A DNA stretch of 57,020 bases from Piedraia hortae CBS 480.64. Its lineage: Eukaryota. The position numbers and the translations under genes are program-made. The notes under the pieces are model-generated. The model was given only the letters and a program-made list of their open reading frames with translations, was not told the DNA's origin and did no database searches. Of this stretch, positions 12,129 through 22,686 are shown piece after piece. The stretch is from positions 1-57,020 of the forward strand of contig MU006030.1 of assembly GCA_010093745.1 (NCBI GenBank), given 5' to 3'. How positions within the stretch are numbered: the stretch's first letter is position 1; the number at the start of each line of letters is the position of its first letter.

Positions 12129-12303
12129 ACTAAACCAATTGAATGGCAAGTCACTCGACAGGTGTCTAGAGTAGCTATGGAATAATGGAGATTGTTCCTA
12201 CGAGTGCATGCTTTGCCCAAAAAAATGGGATGCAACAAAGCTCGAGCACGCCATCGTTGCCACCATCCCGGCATTTCCCGCGGCCACTGATGACTAATGC
12301 ACT

Positions 12304-13674
12304 ATGACGTCAGCCTCGATCGCGGGCCACCGCACCACCACGAAACTACAAAAGCAACTGAAGATGGCTGCGGAGGTCAGAGCACTCCATAAACCGAAGG
12401 CCCATTTGAAACTAGAACGGCTTCCAGGAGGAAAGGATTTCCACTTCGAAAAACCGCTGAAAAAGATCAATGATGCCGAGGGCCTCAACTTCTTCTTATC
12501 GTCTATTGCACATCGCGATTTGATGATATGGATCTTACAGCTGAACAGATCAATGTTTCCAACCCGTACGGCAAATAGAGGATTTGTCCCGTCAGAATTG
12601 ACATCGCCCCCAAAGTACTCGGATGCTGTTACCCATGTCCGGGCACTGTTGAATGAGTTGTCAGCTTTGATAGAACAGGCTCCACCTAGTACCAGACCTC
12701 GACGGTTTGGCAATGTAGCATTTCAAGACTGGTACAAGTTGGCGGAGGAAGCGTCTGTTGATCTCCTCCGGAAGCATCTGCCAGGTCTGCTAGGGCAGTA
12801 CACAGATGAAGAGACTTTGATACAAGAACTAAGCTGCTACCTCCTCGGAAGTTTTGGTAGCGCCCAGCGGCTAGATTATGGAACTGGTCACGAGCTTAGT
12901 TTCATCGCATTCCTTGCTTCCCTTTGGAAACTGCACGTGTTTGAGGATGGTGAAGAGCGAGCCATTGTTGTGGGTAATATACAGCCCTATCTTGAACTGG
13001 TGCGCAAGCTCGTCATGACATATACTCTAGAACCAGCGGGCTCTCACGGCGTGTGGGGTTTGGATGATCACTTCTTCGCACCATATATATTTGGTTCTGC
13101 ACAGTTTGGCCCAGCAATTGATCCAGATAGCCAAACCCCAACCCCAACCGAAGGTTCAATTCCTTCAGCACCCCCAGCCTCGGCCGTGACGGACAAGAAA
13201 GTCGTCGCCGAGCAAAAAGAAGACAACATGTACTTCTCTGCCATTCAATTTATCTATGATGTTAAACGGGGCCCTTTCTGGGAACACTCACCCGTATTGT
13301 ATGATATTTCGGGAATCTCGGATGGATGGGCGAAGATCAACAAGGGCATGCTAAAAATGTATGCTGCTGAGGTCTTGGGCAAGTTTCCCGTCGTTCAGCA
13401 TTTTCCGTTTGGAGGCATATTCAAATGGAGGGTGGAACCTCATGCGGCTGGTACATCAGACATGTCGCAACAGCCGAAACAGCCAAAGAGTATGGATGTG
13501 CCTCCCGGGCCCATTAATCCACTGGGGCCGACAACGACGGCCGCGCCGTGGGCTGGGACTGCCGCGCCATGGGCGAGCGCCAATGGCGCTGCCAGCATTA
13601 GCCAGATGCAGGCTAGCACCGGTGTGCCATCTGCAAGAGTGCCGGGTAATTTAGGAACGAGGAGGCCTCGGTAG
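12304..13674 (+). CDS. RRD1: Phosphotyrosyl phosphatase activator (PTPA, PP2A activator)
   Basis: RFGN, GSAQRLDYGTGHELSF, LEPAGSHGVWGLDDH, PFWEHSP, KFPVVQHF motifs. Confidence 0.9.
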   Translation: MTSASIAGHRTTTKLQKQLKMAAEVRALHKPKAHLKLERLPGGKDFHFEKPLKKINDAEGLNFFLSSIAHRDLMIWILQLNRSMFPTRTANRGFVPSELTSPPKYSDAVTHVRALLNELSALIEQAPPSTRPRRFGNVAFQDWYKLAEEASVDLLRKHLPGLLGQYTDEETLIQELSCYLLGSFGSAQRLDYGTGHELSFIAFLASLWKLHVFEDGEERAIVVGNIQPYLELVRKLVMTYTLEPAGSHGVWGLDDHFFAPYIFGSAQFGPAIDPDSQTPTPTEGSIPSAPPASAVTDKKVVAEQKEDNMYFSAIQFIYDVKRGPFWEHSPVLYDISGISDGWAKINKGMLKMYAAEVLGKFPVVQHFPFGGIFKWRVEPHAAGTSDMSQQPKQPKSMDVPPGPINPLGPTTTAAPWAGTAAPWASANGAASISQMQASTGVPSARVPGNLGTRRPR

Positions 13675-14320
13675 GACATTAACGTGTCGATGACTTCATC
13701 TTGAGACAATCATGTCTCGATGTGCATATGTATATGTAGGCTCTACCTCATCGCGTGATTGCTCTGCATAGAATTGGGCGTTCTTCAGGCATGACGGATC
13801 GATACGACCCGGGATTACGCGGAGCTGCTGATGTAATCCAAATTGACCTTCCTTAAATAGCAATTTTCGGTAATTCTCAGGATCGGGCCGGCCCTTAGTG
13901 TCTGGGTGTTCATTAAGCCTTCTCGCTCAAGAACGTGATCTCTCAGTAGCAGGAAGAGCCGCGTGGTGAAATTGGTATGCTAACGTAGAGCGATAACTAA
14001 GTATTCGAACTTGTATGAAGGATGTCTATCTACAGTCCAGCCGTCACAACAAAAGTCAGGTCACGTGCCTGATGCAATGCTCACGTCATCCCCTTGCGGA
14101 AACACATGGGGTTAATGCCTGAAAGCCCCACTATCTATTCTTATTCACTTTCTTAACAGCCCTGGTTGAGGGAGTGTGCGGAAACAATTCCGTGGAAGGC
14201 AGGGTTGTGTTCCCACGGAACCTGTCACGAAAACTTCCGTCACCCCCTGACATGACATCAATTCTCCTGGATTCTCCCAGTACCAAGCTTACCATCCCCC
14301 ACACGATCTCCTGGGGTGCT

Positions 14321-14420
14321 GTAGAATCTCGCGGAAGATTGTAGAATCTCATGGAACGCCGTGGACTATCGTAGAATATCATGGAATTCAATAGAATCCT
14401 GCAGATATTTCGAGATTCCA
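14321..14420 (+). promoter_or_regulatory. Heat-shock-element array: nGAAn at an exact 10 bp period upstream of the sHSP gene
   Basis: GAA at 14324, 14334, 14344, 14354, 14374, 14384, 14394; GAC/GAT at 14364, 14404, 14414. TATAA at 14495. Confidence 0.75.
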
Positions 14421-14615
14421 CGCCAACACTCGAGATGTGACTAGCAAACACGAGCAGGTTCTTGATTAGAAATAGGCGTTCTCAGTTCCATAGATATAAG
14501 TATCCTTTGAAGCACTCTCTCATCCTTCACAAACTTCTCAATTTTATGCGACTGATCTGATCGACACATCCATTGCACACTACTTGCCTCGATTTCCAGA
14601 CCACAGACACACACC

Positions 14616-15185
14616 ATGTCTCTCTACCAGAATGACTTTGTCCCCATGTTCCGCTTCTTGGACGACTACGCTAATCATGTTGCCTCGTCTTCTGGCAAAC
14701 GCGGCAGTCCCGCTAAAGGACTGGGCTCCTTTCAACCAAAGTTTGACATTCAAGAGACCAAAGACTCGTACAAGTTGTATGGGGAATTTCCGGGAATGAG
14801 CCAGAAGGACATTCAAATCGAGTTCACCGACCCACAAAGGATCAGCATCACTGGACGGAGCGAATGCACTTACGAGGAAGGTGATCAATCAGCCGGCTAT
14901 ATCAACGGCAACGGCAAGCGAAAGCAACCTGAACACCAACCTACTGTCGAGGACGAAGAGGCTGCTAGTTCTACCGAAGTGGTGCAACGACAACCGCATC
15001 AGAAGAGCTCCAAGCCTCACACCAAGCTTTGGCTTTCAGAACGCTCGTTCGGTCAATTCTCGCGGACGTTTGAATTCCCCAGCCAGGTCAATCACGACAA
15101 CGTGAAGGCTAGTCTGAAGAATGGGATCCTTGCAATTGTCGTGCCCAAGGCTGAGCAACTTAAAAAGCGGATTGATATTGAGTGA
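14616..15185 (+). CDS. Small heat-shock protein (Hsp20/alpha-crystallin, Hsp30-like)
   Basis: FQPKFDIQET...EFPG, SERSFGQFSRTFEFP, ASLKNGILAIVVPK, C-terminal IDI motif. Confidence 0.93.
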   Translation: MSLYQNDFVPMFRFLDDYANHVASSSGKRGSPAKGLGSFQPKFDIQETKDSYKLYGEFPGMSQKDIQIEFTDPQRISITGRSECTYEEGDQSAGYINGNGKRKQPEHQPTVEDEEAASSTEVVQRQPHQKSSKPHTKLWLSERSFGQFSRTFEFPSQVNHDNVKASLKNGILAIVVPKAEQLKKRIDIE

Positions 15186-15631
15186 AGACCGAAAGAAGTG
15201 ATATGCTGTAACTGTACACATCTAATTTAATGGTCATGATTATTTGCTGCATCAATCACGTTTTCCTGTCCCCATTCATCTATTCTGTTCCACCTTCTGC
15301 TTAGTGAAGCCTTACAGTCCACATTCAGGCTCTTGTCCACGAGTGAGATTTTCCCACGCCTTCGGCAGGTGTCCACTTTCCTACTTCGATATATTTTTCT
15401 CGCGCAAATCACGTGATTGACGACCTCAATGAACCCATCGCTTATTCTTCCAGGACCTTCTGTTTGTGTCAAAATTTGGCGTTGTCCCGATAACTCTGCA
15501 AAAACCACCAAGCACAGGCTGGGCCGAAAACACAAACCCAGCAAAATCCACACTGGTGATACTTCTCACTGACTCCTCATCCTTTCAGTAGTTAAAATAG
15601 TGAAAACAGTGTCTTATCTCTCTACTCTACC

Positions 15632-17065
15632 CTACTCCCTCCCCGACCTCCTCTTCTTCACCGGACGCGGCCCCTCCCCTTCCGCAGCATCCCCACTTTG
15701 TCTTTCCCCCACCGCATCCCCAGACAGAGGAATAGTAATCGCCTCACTGGCAAACGCAGCCCTCCTCCCCCTCCCTCCACTTTCCCCCGTAACCCCCTCG
15801 TTCGCAGCAGCCGAACCTCCACCCAACCTTGCCATAAGCGCCTCATGCCCCGGCATCACCTCATCATACTCATCCGCAAAAAACGCACCCACCTCCGCCT
15901 CCGTCGTGGGCATCAACCTCTCAATAAAACTCCCCATCTTATCGACAATCCCGTTCCTCTTCTCTCTATCAATCCCACACGACTTATCCTCAATTGCTCT
16001 CCGCAGAAGGCCCAAAACATCAAGCTGATTCTCCCAAATCCTAATGTCCCTCCCCAACCTCTCATCCACCTGCTCCAAAACCTCAACCCTCCCTACACCA
16101 CCCATATAATCCCTCTTCTCAGGGCTAGACAGATAACTCTCACGAAGCAGTCCCCTCCTCCTCCCAATTGCCTCGCGCGAGAGTTTCAAACTCGAAATCA
16201 GATCGCGATACGCCTGCGCTAGGCGTTTCCCACCCCTCTCATCAAACAGTGCAGCAGTTTTGGACGTGGAAAACATATCCTTGACCCCCTCGGCGGCGTT
16301 CTTGAGAAACCTGTACGCTGTGTGGACTCGTTCTTTGGATTCTTTGATATCTTCAGTGGTTTTGAGGTATTGTTTATATGGGGTTTCGTTGCCTGTTCGT
16401 GTGATCATGGGGCTGGTTGGTGGTGAGACGGAGAAAGGTTCGGGGAGGGGGGCTTCGTCTATGAGTCCCGCTCGGAGGGTTTCGAGGTCCATTTCATCGA
16501 GGGGGATTTCGATCCTGAAATATGGGCGGGTGCGGAGTCGTAGATTTAGGGTGCGTTGACGTGAGGTTAGTAGGGAGGAGGAGCTTTCGCCTAGCACGTT
16601 CGGGGCATCTCGTTGTCGTATGGGTATGGTCAGGGTTATGGTCTTTGATTCGGGTTTTGGTGGTTCGTCCTTTGATGTGGATTTGCTTTTGGGTTTGGGT
16701 TTGGAGGGCCGTCGCTGACCCGCTACTGTGGATGCGCTCTTGATGATTTCTCCGGATGCGGTGCGTCGTTTCTGTTCTGGGGAGGAGGTGGAGGAGGATG
16801 GTTGACCGACTTTTTTGGGACCTGACTCGAAGGGAGGAGGGTCGCCTTTTTGTTGCGGCTTATCATCAGGGTCCGGAGTGTCCTCAACGCTCTGTTGGAC
16901 TCTTTCTCTGCCCTTGCTGCTGGATGCTGTGGCCTCAGCTGCACCTGCTGTGGGAGAGATATTCTCAACATTATCATCAATGCCAGATTGATCATCAGCT
17001 TTAGCTTTACCCTTGTCTGGAGTGTTGTTCTGCTTATTTTGGCCTTTCTTTCCCTTTGGTGCCAT
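15632..17065 (-). CDS. Uncharacterised protein: disordered K/P/S-rich N-terminus, helical C-terminal half
   Basis: About 1.45 kb uninterrupted ORF; plausible start MAPKGKK at 17065; no recognisable domain. Confidence 0.6.
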   Translation of the reverse strand: MAPKGKKGQNKQNNTPDKGKAKADDQSGIDDNVENISPTAGAAEATASSSKGRERVQQSVEDTPDPDDKPQQKGDPPPFESGPKKVGQPSSSTSSPEQKRRTASGEIIKSASTVAGQRRPSKPKPKSKSTSKDEPPKPESKTITLTIPIRQRDAPNVLGESSSSLLTSRQRTLNLRLRTRPYFRIEIPLDEMDLETLRAGLIDEAPLPEPFSVSPPTSPMITRTGNETPYKQYLKTTEDIKESKERVHTAYRFLKNAAEGVKDMFSTSKTAALFDERGGKRLAQAYRDLISSLKLSREAIGRRRGLLRESYLSSPEKRDYMGGVGRVEVLEQVDERLGRDIRIWENQLDVLGLLRRAIEDKSCGIDREKRNGIVDKMGSFIERLMPTTEAEVGAFFADEYDEVMPGHEALMARLGGGSAAANEGVTGESGGRGRRAAFASEAITIPLSGDAVGERQSGDAAEGEGPRPVKKRRSGRE

Positions 17066-17591
17066 TGTGTATCTGCAAACCGTGATGATGCTTGATGAAG
17101 ACATCGAAGTTGAATGATTCCTGATGTGATAAGTCGATTACTGTTGCGACGAACGCAACTTCCCTGAGCAGATCACCAGAAACTTGAGTCATCAACTGAA
17201 ATGCCTGCTACTTATCATACTCGTCTGAAAACGAACAATACCAAAGTAGCCTTCTTACTACCCAGTTCAAAAGTGCCAACTGGTCGCAAACTTTCCATCT
17301 GGTGCTCATGATCTAGCGCTCAGGTAAAGTCACAGAATGCAGATATCGATATTCAAGTTTTCACTGTCGGTTGAGCGAACACCACCGTCAAGATTCGTTC
17401 ATTAAAGCGAATCATCTCAACGTAGATTGTCTCTACCTATGGCAATGGAAAGAAGCTTCACGATGAAGTCGTGGTCAGACTTCTTAGACAGCCACCGTCC
17501 ATGGACAGAAGACGTCAAACCGTTGTGAAGCACGAAACATAAACATGGCTCAGTTATAAATCATACATCCATCTTGCTGTCTCAGTTCCGA

Positions 17592-19256
17592 TCACCACCT
17601 CTCAGTCTCATTCAACTTAACCCAAACACCACCCTTTGGTCGTGCTGTAATACCCGACTTGATATCCACTTTTTCACCCTTATCCAGAGCACTTCCGGGC
17701 TCAAACGAGGTCTCAAAACTGCCCACCCACGCAGCCAAGAGGGCGGAAAACTCGGCCCACGCAAACTTCTCGCCGATACAGCTCCTGGGGCCGTGAAGGA
17801 AGGTCATGAATGCATATACGCTTTGCGCACCGCCGCCGCCTTGGAACTTTCCTGTCGGCGACAGCCAGCGGTCGGGGCTGAACTCCTTCGCGTCTTTTCC
17901 CCAGAGGTGCACAGATGTGTTCACAGCCCATGTTGAGAGAATGACAAATGTCCCTTTGGGGATGGCATGGCCATTGATGATAGTGTCGCGTGCTGCAACG
18001 CGAAGAGTTAGAGGGACTGGTGCCCATAAACGCAAGACTTCTGCGCAGAATGCGTGGAGGTATTCACAGCCGTCTAATTCGGCGGGGCTTGGAGTGGAAG
18101 TTTCACTTCCATTGCGCGGGTCGGGGAGTTTGTTTCTGATTTCCTCACGAAGACGTGTTTGGGCTTGAGGGTGTTTGCACAGCAGGTAGATGGCCCACGT
18201 CATGGCCGTAGCTGTTGTTTCATGGCCTGCGGCAAGAAATGTCATCATTTGATTGGCCAAGCTTTCGTCGGTGAACCCTCCTGAGGAAAGTGCGACAGAT
18301 ATGATGTCGAGATCACTGTTTTTCATTGTATCGCTCTCCAAAGAGCGTCGCTTTGCGGCAATGAGGTTGCGACAAACCTGCTCGATATGTGCTGAAGCGC
18401 TGTTCATCTCTTCATTTCGCTTCAGCGGAATCCTCTGTATGAGTCCCGTGGGAAGAAGTGTGGACATGATCTGAAGTATGCGGCCAGCACGTCCAGGATT
18501 AAACACTGTGCGATAGGTCTGGTAGATTTCGTTTGAAGGATTGTGCAAAGCCTGGAAAGTCTGTCCCATTCCAGCCTCACCGATGATGTCAAGAGTTGCC
18601 CTTGACACCCAGTGGCCTACTTCCACACTTCCAGGAGCATGCTCCGATGGAACGTCCTCCAAGTCGAAACCTTCCTCCTTCACGCCTGTCTTTGATGCAG
18701 TTGAAAGGCAATCTACCAACTGTGCAGACTTTCGCCAGAAGAGTGGGTACAGATCCTTGATGTGTCTGTAGGCGAAAGCAGGCATTAGCATCTTTCGTTG
18801 CCTTTTATGCTCATCACCCTCAGCAAGAAGAACACCAATCCCCAAAATTCTTCCTAACCCAGCAACTAGGCGTGGCGGCTTGACAAAGTCATAACTTCTG
18901 GTGACTAGGACATCTCCAAGAGCTTTGGGGTTGGTAACTAAAACTCTCTCGCTCAGCCACATGCTGTATCTGATTAAACCATCGTTGGGAACACTGTCGA
19001 CCCAAGCCGCCAAAGGTACACCGGTCGGTTCTGATAGGATGAGACGCGTATGACTGAACGGTTTCCCATCAGTTGGGGGTGTAGGAAGATGTCGGAGCGG
19101 TGAAAAGAAGCGTGGATAAATAAAAGAAAGCCATGCGAGATAGACAGAAATTTGGAAAGTGAAAACTAGTAAAGCACATCCAAACCCGTATGTTGTGAAT
19201 TTGTTCAGAAGGACAGAGGAAGTAGTCGACAGGACCAATGCCTGTGCGAGTGTCAT
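17592..19256 (-). CDS. Cytochrome P450
   Basis: N-terminal TM; I-helix AAGHETT; EVLR; FSPDRW; heme motif FLHGPRSCIG. ATG at 19256. Confidence 0.93.
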   Translation of the reverse strand: MTLAQALVLSTTSSVLLNKFTTYGFGCALLVFTFQISVYLAWLSFIYPRFFSPLRHLPTPPTDGKPFSHTRLILSEPTGVPLAAWVDSVPNDGLIRYSMWLSERVLVTNPKALGDVLVTRSYDFVKPPRLVAGLGRILGIGVLLAEGDEHKRQRKMLMPAFAYRHIKDLYPLFWRKSAQLVDCLSTASKTGVKEEGFDLEDVPSEHAPGSVEVGHWVSRATLDIIGEAGMGQTFQALHNPSNEIYQTYRTVFNPGRAGRILQIMSTLLPTGLIQRIPLKRNEEMNSASAHIEQVCRNLIAAKRRSLESDTMKNSDLDIISVALSSGGFTDESLANQMMTFLAAGHETTATAMTWAIYLLCKHPQAQTRLREEIRNKLPDPRNGSETSTPSPAELDGCEYLHAFCAEVLRLWAPVPLTLRVAARDTIINGHAIPKGTFVILSTWAVNTSVHLWGKDAKEFSPDRWLSPTGKFQGGGGAQSVYAFMTFLHGPRSCIGEKFAWAEFSALLAAWVGSFETSFEPGSALDKGEKVDIKSGITARPKGGVWVKLNETERW

Positions 19257-20019
19257 GATGTTTGCAAATGCAGCCCTGCTGGACTGCTGGATGTGTTTAG
19301 GTGAGGCTGATGCGGGGAAGGCCAATGACGCAAACCTTCACATGCAACAAGACGTATGCCCACAACACCACCGGCCGAGGTGATATCTGCCCGAGCTATC
19401 TCAGCTATGACTGACTGCTCCACGCAGACTTACGCATTCATCAGTAAAGTGGCGCTTCCTCAAAATTTGTTGGTTTCTTGGCAGGTACATCGACTAGTCA
19501 GAAGTTTGATGCAACCGGTGTTTGATCATAAGCATCCCCAAAAGTTAAACACTCCTAGTGAATTCCAGCGATTTGATCGAAAAGCATCTCAACAATGCAT
19601 TCAAACCGTCGAAAACCGAGCACAAATGATGACAGAGCTTTCAACCACATTCAACCCCTTTCAAGAGAAAGATTGCGAGAAGTGTCTAACTTACCCATGC
19701 TGGGTCACTTTCTACGAAACTCAAATCCTGTTCCGGCCCATTGAGGCCTAGCCCGTGCACGCTGGTCATATATAGTTTTTTTCTTTACCCTCTCTTGAAG
19801 ATGTACCATATCGACTTTGCCTCCAAGCATGTCTGTGTGACCTCCGCATCACGTCCCCTAAAACTTCGATACGCCTCGTTTTCGCCACAATATTTTTCCC
19901 CGACGGTGGGCAACGTTAAGTCCAAGCACTGTCGTCTTGGCTTCCATCGCTTTCTCATCACTCGGATATTTATACCTGTCGAAGCCGATTATCGATCTGT
20001 CCTCATATCCGGTCCTACC

Positions 20020-22020
20020 TACAGTACACGCAGCCGCGCAAAAGCGCCAGCAGTCCAACTGGACGAGCCAACCCACCGCACTGACATGCCACCCGAAACC
20101 TCAGTGCATGTCGAAATACAGATTACTGTCCCGGGTTCTTTCCAAAATTGGTATCCGTGCACTTTTCAGAGCGGGGAGGAAATGTAAACAGTGGGCATCA
20201 CAGGAGTATTTAGGACAATACGGGCAATGACTGGATGAACGGCGAGCTCATGAACTTAATCAAGTCACTCAAGCTTGATAACACCGACCTCCGAGCGGAG
20301 TTTACGGAGCTTTCATTGCGATTCGCTGGGCAGTAATGTAATATTCGATGCTAGCCCGCTTCAACAAACGCCTGCGATCGCCACCCCAAATCCATGAAAC
20401 TACCGGATCTGCCAGTCCTCTCTGGAGACGGCGATGCCAACGAGTTCTATCGTGGGAAGTACGCCTTGGAATCGAAGCTCCGTGCCAATGAAGACTGGAT
20501 TGGCTCTGCCGTCTCTTGTGCGGACTACATCCTATCCCGACTCGGCAGTTTCGCCGCCGACATGGTCAATTTAAACCCGACCAGGTGCCATCTACACCTC
20601 CTGGACGGCGGAGGATCTCACTTGCGCCTTCGCAACGGCCTTCCATCGTCCACAGAGCCAAAGCACATCCGTGGCAGCAGGGTTGTCAGCGGTCTCTGAG
20701 TCGAGTGTGACGTGCGAGTCACCACGACCTTTGTGGCAAACCTTTCCGTCCGTACCAACCTACCGCCACATAACGATGAGCTTTTTCCTTCCTCGACCGA
20801 CTATGCATTGATCCACACTCTGTTGAACGTGCCTCACATGAATGGTCACTCCTCCGCCAAAACGGCACACCCTGTGCAACACTCTTCGTTGAGTTTGAGC
20901 GCCTCATATGTGACGCGGAAGCGACCCAGTGCCCCGATCGAGCCAAAAAGGATCGAACGATTAACTGCGTTGGCGATGCCGTAGAGCGAATTGCCCGCTT
21001 ATGACATCGTGAAAGCCATGCATTGCGCTACAGAGAACTTGTTTACCGCGCACCAAACTGCTTCGTATTGGCCTCTGGCGCGAAACACCAAAGGCCATCC
21101 GACTGGGCTTGGAAGAGAGCGCGCGAAGTGGGTTTCAAATAATACGCAAGCGCGCTGGTGCATGTCTCCGCGGACTGCTGTCTCATCAGACTGTACGTTG
21201 CGGTAGGTGGGTATTTCGAGCCATGATCGACGCCGCGAAGCACCTATCAGCCGGGTACATTGAACCAGCTGTAGACGTAATGATCGACTCCGCGAAGCAC
21301 CTGTCGTTCGTTGTCCGAAAACGACATCCCGCTGTGCTGAGCCGCGCACAGTTGGGATACAAACTCCGAAGACACTAAAGAGGGAGTTTAACATGGAAGC
21401 TGATCCCCTGACTTTTCACACTGGACCTCAATTCGACAAAGCCCGTTTTCAACCGGGAATTGGCTTTAATGACATGGAATACGCGAAGGGGTTCCTCTCC
21501 TCGCGTGGTTCGATCGATTTAGATTTTACACTGAAGTGTGGGGCTCAAAGTCTTAGCGAGGCAGAAGGTATCCAGAGGAGGGCATAGGGCAGCTAATACT
21601 CTACGCGGCTAGAGTTCAGTCTCTCACCGACTCTTCCGTCCTACTCCTAGTCACCGAGGGCTCAAGTTCATCGTCATGTCCGTAGCGGACTTTAAACCAC
21701 GTCATGAGTGGCTGGCGAGAAATTCTGAAGAAGTTCCTGTCTCCGCTGGGGCGTGTGGGCGGCCCGGAATGTTGTCTTTGTACCACTACAACACAGCCTA
21801 GCGCATAAAACAACACGGAGGTTTTGTCTTCACCTCCATATGTATGGAAGTTTTGCGTAGATTACAGGCAGCTGCACGAGAAACCTGCACCCATGGTTAT
21901 ATACAAACCAACATGTAAATTTCGCATAGAGTGTCAAATCTACCCAAACCGCGCACTCACAGCCTCCAGCAATAGATATATATCCGAACAAACCCAACGG
22001 ACGTGCGGAAGGTTTTGAGA
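20020..22020 (+). pseudogene. Possible degraded lineage-specific (F-box-like) gene
   Basis: Chain of short plus-strand protein-like ORF fragments; TDMPPETSVHV weakly resembles an F-box start; internal 19-codon duplication at 21223/21280. Confidence 0.2.
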
Positions 22021-22686
22021 TGGAGGGATCTGATTTGGTCTCATCCTCTATGCAATCCATGACGGACGCATTGTGTTTACAGCCCCGCTGCTTTGTTCAT
22101 AGCTCGACATGGCTTTCTCATTCAATCCACTGTTCACGGTTTTCATCAGCCATTAAGGAATATAAATTTCTGGCGTGAGATGCGTTGGGTGGTTCAGCTT
22201 TTCTGTGGAGGAGTAAGGTTGCTGTACAGAGAAGGCCATTCGGCATTCTGCTTTCCGACTCTTACGATGATGAGTTGAGGGTAGGTTACTGGTTATGGGG
22301 GAAGGTATGCTCCGCTTCACATGGGAGTGAGGCACGGGATTTGACGGGCCGGTGAGTGGTAGGCTAGATTGCGGGAGGTGAAGTGTGGATTTGCAGAGCT
22401 TGGCTGGAAACCTCATTCGATATTGTTGGGTTCAGGTGATCGACATTATATGACTAGATGTAGTCATGGACGTGACACGGCTTCATCGATTCAACGTTGA
22501 TTATGGTCACGAACATTGAAGAGTTACCACCAAGGTAGAAGTATGATCAATCCACTTAACATCCCAGCCCTCACCCCCTCTCTAAAAAAACAAAAAAAAA
22601 CCCAGTACCATAGACCACCAAAGCAGCTACGGGCTGTCAAGCCCCTGAACCACAAATGTGACTCAAGAACCCAACAGCCCAATCGA

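Noticed and set aside
21223..21305. Two 26 bp direct repeats with a 31 bp spacer, CRISPR-like
   Set aside because: Only two copies in a eukaryote; the 57 bp period equals 19 codons, which fits an in-frame duplication (MIDAAKHLS/MIDSAKHLS).
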